From Octopus vulgaris (Eukaryota): DNA of 64,000 bases. Below, piece after piece: positions 56,925 to 64,000 of the stretch (the first letter of the stretch is position 1; each line of letters opens with the position of its first letter). The notes under the pieces are model-generated. The model saw only the letters and a list, made by a program, of their open reading frames with translations. It was not told the origin of the DNA and made no database searches. The translations under genes were made by a program, and so were the position numbers. The stretch is taken from contig OX597837.1 of NCBI GenBank assembly GCA_951406725.2, positions 36,394,001 through 36,458,000 of the forward strand, written 5' to 3'.

Positions 56925-57488
56925 TATGATGCAATTCACTCTACCAGAAAATTTCGAAACGACATGCTTTACTGTTTGGCATTCATGCCGGAAGCTCCAG
57001 TACGAACATTTCAGTGTCTGGATGGGGTAGTGCTGCCCTGGGTCAACAGAGTGGCTGCTGGAAGACCCTATGTCTAACCATAAGACAATGCACCATGCCA
57101 CACAAGCAGGAGAACCCAGTCAGTCATGGCTGTCAGATAATTTCTGCGACCACATCACCCATAACATGTAGCCAACTAAAACCCCAGACTGCAATCCCCT
57201 TGATTATTATGTGTGCGGCGCAGTTGAGCGAGAGATCAACAAAACTCCTTGTAACACCAAAGAATATCTAAATGCAAGGATTATGGTAGCATTCACCAAC
57301 TTTATAAAGGAGACTATCCAGAAGAGTTGCAGGAGATTCCGAAGTCGTCTGGAGTCCATGGTTGAAGCCAATGGCGATTTTATCAAAGAAAATTTACTCT
57401 TTAATTTTTCAAGATATTTTTATGTAATTTTGGTAAATATTTGTTAAAATGAGATGTCAGCGTTATTTTCATTTTTGCATAATTTAGA

Positions 57489-57492
<4 letters not shown>
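56925..57492 (+). mobile_element. Second DD37D relic, internally deleted
   Basis: atga.gcaattcactct.ccagaaa start and GAVEREINKTPCNTKE...CRRFRSRLESMVEANGDFI end. Confidence 0.85.
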
Positions 57493-57528
<36 letters not shown>

Positions 57529-57573
57529 GTATATATATACATATATATGTATGCATACATGTATGCATATGTA

Positions 57574-57624
<51 letters not shown>

Positions 57625-57728
57625 GTATATATATACATATATATGTATGCATACATGTATATATATACATATATATGTGGTTGTGTGTGTGTTAGTATGT
57701 AGATAATATATATATATATATATATATA

Positions 57729-57899
57729 CTTTATTTTAAGCAGCAGAAAATTCAACAAAATCTGTTACTCTGAGTTTCTCGTTGCCGTTCATCAGACAGT
57801 TTTTGCTAGAAATAGATTCTAGCAAAAACTGTCTGATGAACGGCAACGAGAAACTCAGAGTAACAGATTTTGTTGAATTTTCTGCTGCTTAAAATAAAG
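57729..57899. repeat. Perfect inverted repeat, 83-bp arms and 5-nt loop, inside a (TA)n-flanked insert ending about 57970
   Basis: 57729-57811 is the exact reverse complement of 57817-57899. Confidence 0.97.
57823..57872 (+). ncRNA. Minimal type-I hammerhead ribozyme motif (mirror copy on - strand at 57756-57805)
   Basis: caaaaactgt-CTGATGA-a cg gcaa cg a-GAAA-ctc a gag-TA-acagattttg; predicted GUA cleavage after 57862. Confidence 0.75.
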
Positions 57900-57968
57900 C
57901 ATATTACTCTACCACTGGTATTTGAGTACTCTTTTTTCCACCTTGTTTCACATTTATGTGTTTACTCC

Positions 57969-58033
<65 letters not shown>

Positions 58034-58470
58034 ATGATTTTCTCTCTCTCTCTCTCTTTCTTTGTATATATACGTGTGTATATGTGTGTATGTACATATG
58101 CACACAGACACATACATACGTATATACAGACGCACATATAACTACATATACATATGTGTAAATATGTGTGTGTGTGTGCGTGCGCGCGCGTAAAATTGAA
58201 GACATGGTATCAGTGAAAATGTTTGACAGGTTTCTATTGATTGGTCAATTAGATCAGACTGTGTAAATACGTCTGATTGGTTGAGTAGCCGAGTGTTTAG
58301 TTGGCTAGATGGCTGGATGGTTGGATGGGTGGCTGGCTGGCCGGCTGTGTGGCTGGACAGATAGCTGGCAGATCGGATGGTTGGACGGATGGATGGTTGA
58401 GTTAATGAAGCCAAAGTTTGATAAGTAATGAAGAAGACTGGTGGTGGTGATGTGATGGTGGTGAGATGAT

Positions 58471-58818
58471 GAGACAGACGGAGGGACAGGCGCAGAGAAA
58501 ATGTAAAAAGAGAGACTGAACTAGAAAGGGAGGAAGGGAGGTCGTCTGCCGCTGATGGAGGTGGTGGTGGTGGTGGTGGTGGTGGTGGTGAGACAGACGG
58601 AGGGACAGGCGCAGAGAAAGTGTAAAAGGAGAGACTGAATTTGAAAGGGAGGAAGGAGGTCGTCTGCCGCTGGTGGTGGTGGTGGTGGTGGTGGTGGTGG
58701 TGGTGGTGGTGGTGGTGGTGGTGGTGGTGGTGGTGAGACAGACGGAGGGACAGACGCAGAGAAAATGTAAAAGGAGAGACTGAACTAGAAAGGGAGGAAG
58801 GGAGGTCGTCTGCCTCTG
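58471..58818. repeat. Three ~85-bp units separated by variable (GGT)n
   Basis: gagacagacggagggacag.cgcagagaaa.tgtaaaa..gagagactgaa...ggaggtcgtctgcc at 58471, 58589 and 58735. Confidence 0.9.
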
Positions 58819-59261
58819 AAACAACGAATCATCTCCCCTTAGCATCGAAAGCTATCGATTTGATTTCGTATAAGATTTAGGTCTAGGTGTCTGTATGTCG
58901 GACGGAGAGAAGAAGAAGGAGAAGAAGTATTTGTGTGTATAAAGGCTAGGTGATGTGGCGGTGCGGAGCGGGGTGGGCTGATTCAGAAGATCGAAGTACC
59001 GATGGGAAGGGAGAGGGTGGCATAAAGAGCGAGGGGAGGGGAGGGGTGAAGTGATGGGGGAATGATGGGCGAGTGACCGAGTGAGGGACGAGAAGTGATG
59101 TTGGGCGGTGGGGTGGGGCGAGAGTTTTGGAGTCAGAGTGACCGTTAAAAATGAGGGTAGCAAAAAGAAAAGTGCAAAAACTGACGGAAAGGGAAATCTC
59201 GTGTGTGTGTATGTGTGTGTTTCTCTGTCTGTCTGTGTCTGTGTGTGCATGTGTGTATCCA

Positions 59262-59311
<50 letters not shown>

Positions 59312-59480
59312 TGTGTAGGTATGTAGGTTATGCAGAGATTTATATATATATATGTGTGTATATATATATTTAAATAGATAGATATACATATATACATATA
59401 TATATATATGCATATATATATATATAAATCTATGTATAACCTACATAACTACCCATCTATATATATACACATATATATAA

Positions 59481-59512
<32 letters not shown>

Positions 59513-59832
59513 ACATATTGATATCGTTACGCATATTTCTTTACACATATACGCTCATACATATATAAACAAATACATATGTATACATAATGTAAGCATA
59601 TATATACATAAATATGTATACGCATACATGTGTATATATCTATGTGTATGTGTGCGGGCGTGTGTGTGTGCGTATGTGTGTGTGTGTGTGCGTGTGTTTG
59701 TGTGTAAATATTTTGTTTTGTTGCTCAGTTATGATAGCAATTTTACACTAATTTGATGTTTTACGCAAAACTTACGTAGATGACTTCACTGGCCGAAAAT
59801 TCGAAGTCAGTCAACAATATTCTTTGTTTGAG

Positions 59833-59886
<54 letters not shown>

Positions 59887-60074
59887 TTATATATGGACAG
59901 ACCACGTGTGATGATAAAAGAGGTAGGCCTCAATATCGTTGGCAATATTTATTGATTAACAGTTACGGAGACTTACTTTCAGGACTTCAAGTTTCTGTGT
60001 CAACGATTAGATGATCGTTGCCCGAAATAAAGCACACAACACAAGGCAAAATTAAGGGTGAATAATATTCAGCG

Positions 60075-60392
60075 TGGTGCTCCGTCAGTTACGATGACGA
60101 GGGTTCCAGTTGCTCCGGTCAACGGAACAGCCTGCTCGGGATATAAATGGGCAAGTGGCTGAGCACTCTACAGACACGTGAACCCTTAACGTAGTTCTCC
60201 GAGAAACTCAGCATTACACGGAAATAAGGTACAACAGAAACAGGAAGAAGGAGTGAGTTAAAGTTGTGGTGAAAGAGTAGAGCAGGGTTCGCCACCACCA
60301 CCCTGCCTCGTGGAGCTTTAGGTATTTTCACTCGAACCGCGATCCTACGACCGCGAGTCCGCTGTCCTAACCACTGGGCCATTGCGCATCCA
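60075..60392 (-). mobile_element. Group C SINE (tail type 1)
   Basis: Reverse complement of 9158-9546 with internal deletions. Confidence 0.85.
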
Positions 60393-60518
60393 CGAATAAT
60401 ATTCATATATATGTAAATACCTGACAGGTGTATAATTGTTTCGACACTTATACATACATACATACACACACACACGCACACATAAGTACATACATACATA
60501 CATACATATATACATACA

Positions 60519-60552
<34 letters not shown>

Positions 60553-60638
60553 CATACATACATATATACATACATACATACATACATACATACATACATA
60601 CATACATACATACATACATACATACATACATGCATACA

Positions 60639-60670
<32 letters not shown>

Positions 60671-61165
60671 CATACATACATACATACATACATACATACA
60701 TACATACATACATACATACATACATACATACGTACGTACGTACATACATACATACATTTAAGGTATATTCCGTTAGGAACGTAGCAGAGTACAAAATAGA
60801 TTTCGTTCACCCTTCTTGTTGACTCTATCTTATTCAATTATATACATATAAACATATATACATATATACATACATAAGTACATACATACATGCACACATA
60901 CATACGTACATACATACATACATACATACATACATACATACATACATACATACATACATACAAATATACTCTGTTATTGATGTTGAAATTCCAATGAAGG
61001 AACCTTGGATCTAGGTTAGAAACCGGTTCTTTCTCTATTGGCAAGAAATCCTGAAATTAACTGAATAATGACATACACAAATATATACCTACATACATAC
61101 ATACATACATACGTACGTACATACATACGTACATACATACATTCATACATACATACACACATATG

Positions 61166-61197
<32 letters not shown>

Positions 61198-61936
61198 TAC
61201 ATACATACATACGTACATTCATACATACATACACACACACACATACATACATACATACATACATACATACATACATACATACATAAATACATACATACAT
61301 ACATACATACATACATACGTACGTACATACAGACATACGTACATACATACATTCATACATACATATATACATACATACATACATACACAAATACATACAT
61401 ACATACATACATACATACATACATACATACATACATACATACATACATACATACATACATACATACATACATACATACATACATACGCACGTACCAATGT
61501 AGATTCTAACATCTCCATTATATTTACATGTATGTAGAAGTATATTTATTCAATGCGTGTTCGTTAACAATTGTCAATCATTAAAAAAAATGAAAATAAA
61601 TAAATAAATATATAAATAAGGCCTCCATCTTTGCCTTTACGAGGAATAAATCGAGAAATTATCAGCGACACATTCGAAACTTCCTGGACAAGTAAAGGGT
61701 TAATGAAACAGACATTATGATATCGTCTGCCAATATACAATCAGTGTTTTTAGTCGATGGATAAGACAGCTTCTGCACCTGCCTCAGACGATTAGGTGTA
61801 TGCGTTCAGTGTGCAGAAAATCTTTCCCATAATGCATCATTTTTCGTCTGTAGATTGATTGTATGGTGTTTTAATGATATGCTTATTTGTGTTTATAGGC
61901 AGATTGATAGCAAACTGTAGATAGATAGATAAATAA

Positions 61937-62015
<79 letters not shown>

Positions 62016-62062
62016 CAGATACATACATACATATAAATTATGATACATATTATGAACATGTG

Positions 62063-62124
<62 letters not shown>

Positions 62125-62125
<1 letters not shown>

Positions 62126-62533
62126 GCAGGAGTGGCTGTGTGGTATGTAGCTTGTTTACCAACCACATGGTAACGTGTTCAGTCCCACTGCGTGCTTGGG
62201 CAAGTGTCTTCTACTATAGCCTCGGGCCGACCAAAGCCTTGTGAGTGGATTTGGTAGACGGAAACTGAAAGAAGCCCGTCGTATATATGTATTTATATAT
62301 GTGTGTGTGTGTATGTGTGTGTGTTTGTGTCTGTGTTTGTCCCATCCAACATCGATTGACAACCGATGCTGGTCTGCTTATGTCCCCGTCACTTAGCGGT
62401 TCGGCAAAAGAGACCGATAGAATAAGTACTGGGGTTACAAAGAATATGTCCCGGGGTCGAGTTGCTCGATTAAAGGTGGTGCTCCAGCATGGCCGCAGCC
62501 AAATGACTGAAACAAGTAAAAGAGTAAAAGAGT
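62125..62533 (+). mobile_element. Group B SINE
   Basis: Full head to tail; 5'-truncated copy also at 63418-63750. Confidence 0.9.
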
Positions 62534-62587
62534 AATATATATAGCGTGTGTGGTGTGCCTGTGTGTCGGTAAATATGTAAATATTAT

Positions 62588-62630
<43 letters not shown>

Positions 62631-62744
62631 TATATAGAGAGAGAGAGTGACAGACAGACAGACAGACAGGCAGACAGGCAGACAGATACAAAAATAGACA
62701 GACACTTATGAATTCATATATATGTCTGTGTGTGTGTATGTATG

Positions 62745-62797
<53 letters not shown>

Positions 62798-62830
62798 GTG
62801 TTCATAATATATATATATATATACGTGTTC

Positions 62831-62895
<65 letters not shown>

Positions 62896-63030
62896 GTGGT
62901 CATAATATATGTTATAGAGAGAGAGAGATGTGTGTGTGTGTGTGTGTGTGTGTACACTTATGCATAATTTGTGTAAGTAAAAATATATGTGTTTATCCTT
63001 TATCTGTCACTTGCCATGCAAGTACTTCTC

Positions 63031-63418
<388 letters not shown>

Positions 63419-63787
63419 GCATCTTGGGCAAGTGTCTTCTGCTATAGCCTCGGGCCGACCAAAGCCTTGTGAGTGGATTTGGTAGACGGAAACTGAAAGA
63501 AGCCTGTCGTATATATGTATATATATATATGTATGTATGTGTGTGTATATGTTTGTGTGTCTGTGTTTGTCTCTCTAGCATTGCTTGACAACCAATGCTG
63601 GTGTGTTTACGTCCCCGTCACTTAGCGGTTCGGCAAAAGAGACCGATAGAATAAGTACTGGGCTTACAAAAGAATAAGTCCCGGGGTCGATTTGCTCGAT
63701 TAAAGGCGGTGCCCCAGCATGGCAGCAGTCAAATGACTGAAATAAATAAAAGAGAGATTAAAGAGTATATATATACATATATATATA

Positions 63788-63821
<34 letters not shown>

Positions 63822-63845
63822 TATAATATATATATACATACATAC

Positions 63846-63880
<35 letters not shown>

Positions 63881-64000
63881 TTGATTCGTTCAGTCATTCG
63901 TTTATTCATCGATTCATCGATTCCTTGATTCATTGATGCAGATACAGAGACTTACATCCAGAACTTTATGTTTATGCATCAACGATTCGAATGGTCGTTG

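Noticed and set aside
60985-61032. ccaatga-agg-aacct..aggtt-a-GAAA-ccgg-tt as an active hammerhead
   Set aside because: The invariant G5 is absent and stem I is poor; at most a relic

Overview
AT-rich, microsatellite-saturated eukaryotic DNA with no supportable host gene, rRNA or true tRNA gene; almost all listed ORFs are translations of simple repeats. The SINE repertoire and (TA)n/(TACA)n/(GATA)n density suggest an octopus (coleoid cephalopod) intergenic or intronic region (inference). The non-simple sequence is mostly transposon debris: three modular tRNA-headed SINE groups, R4/Dong-like restriction-endonuclease LINE 3' ends, a triplicated RTE 3' end, an L1/Tx1 endonuclease fragment, an internally deleted Gypsy, mariner and DD37D relics, hAT and Tc1 MITEs, and a Helentron-type HINE. 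The main hidden signal is about nine loci of short non-coding inserts, mostly beside microsatellites, carrying minimal type-I hammerhead-ribozyme motifs with palindromic stem III, as known from Penelope-like element ends. Three motifs at two unrelated loci have the compensatory U3-A8 core (UUGACAA), and two loci are fold-back palindromes with a hammerhead on each strand (4391-4723; perfect 83-bp arms at 57729-57899). All calls are by eye; coordinates of degenerate repeats are approximate.
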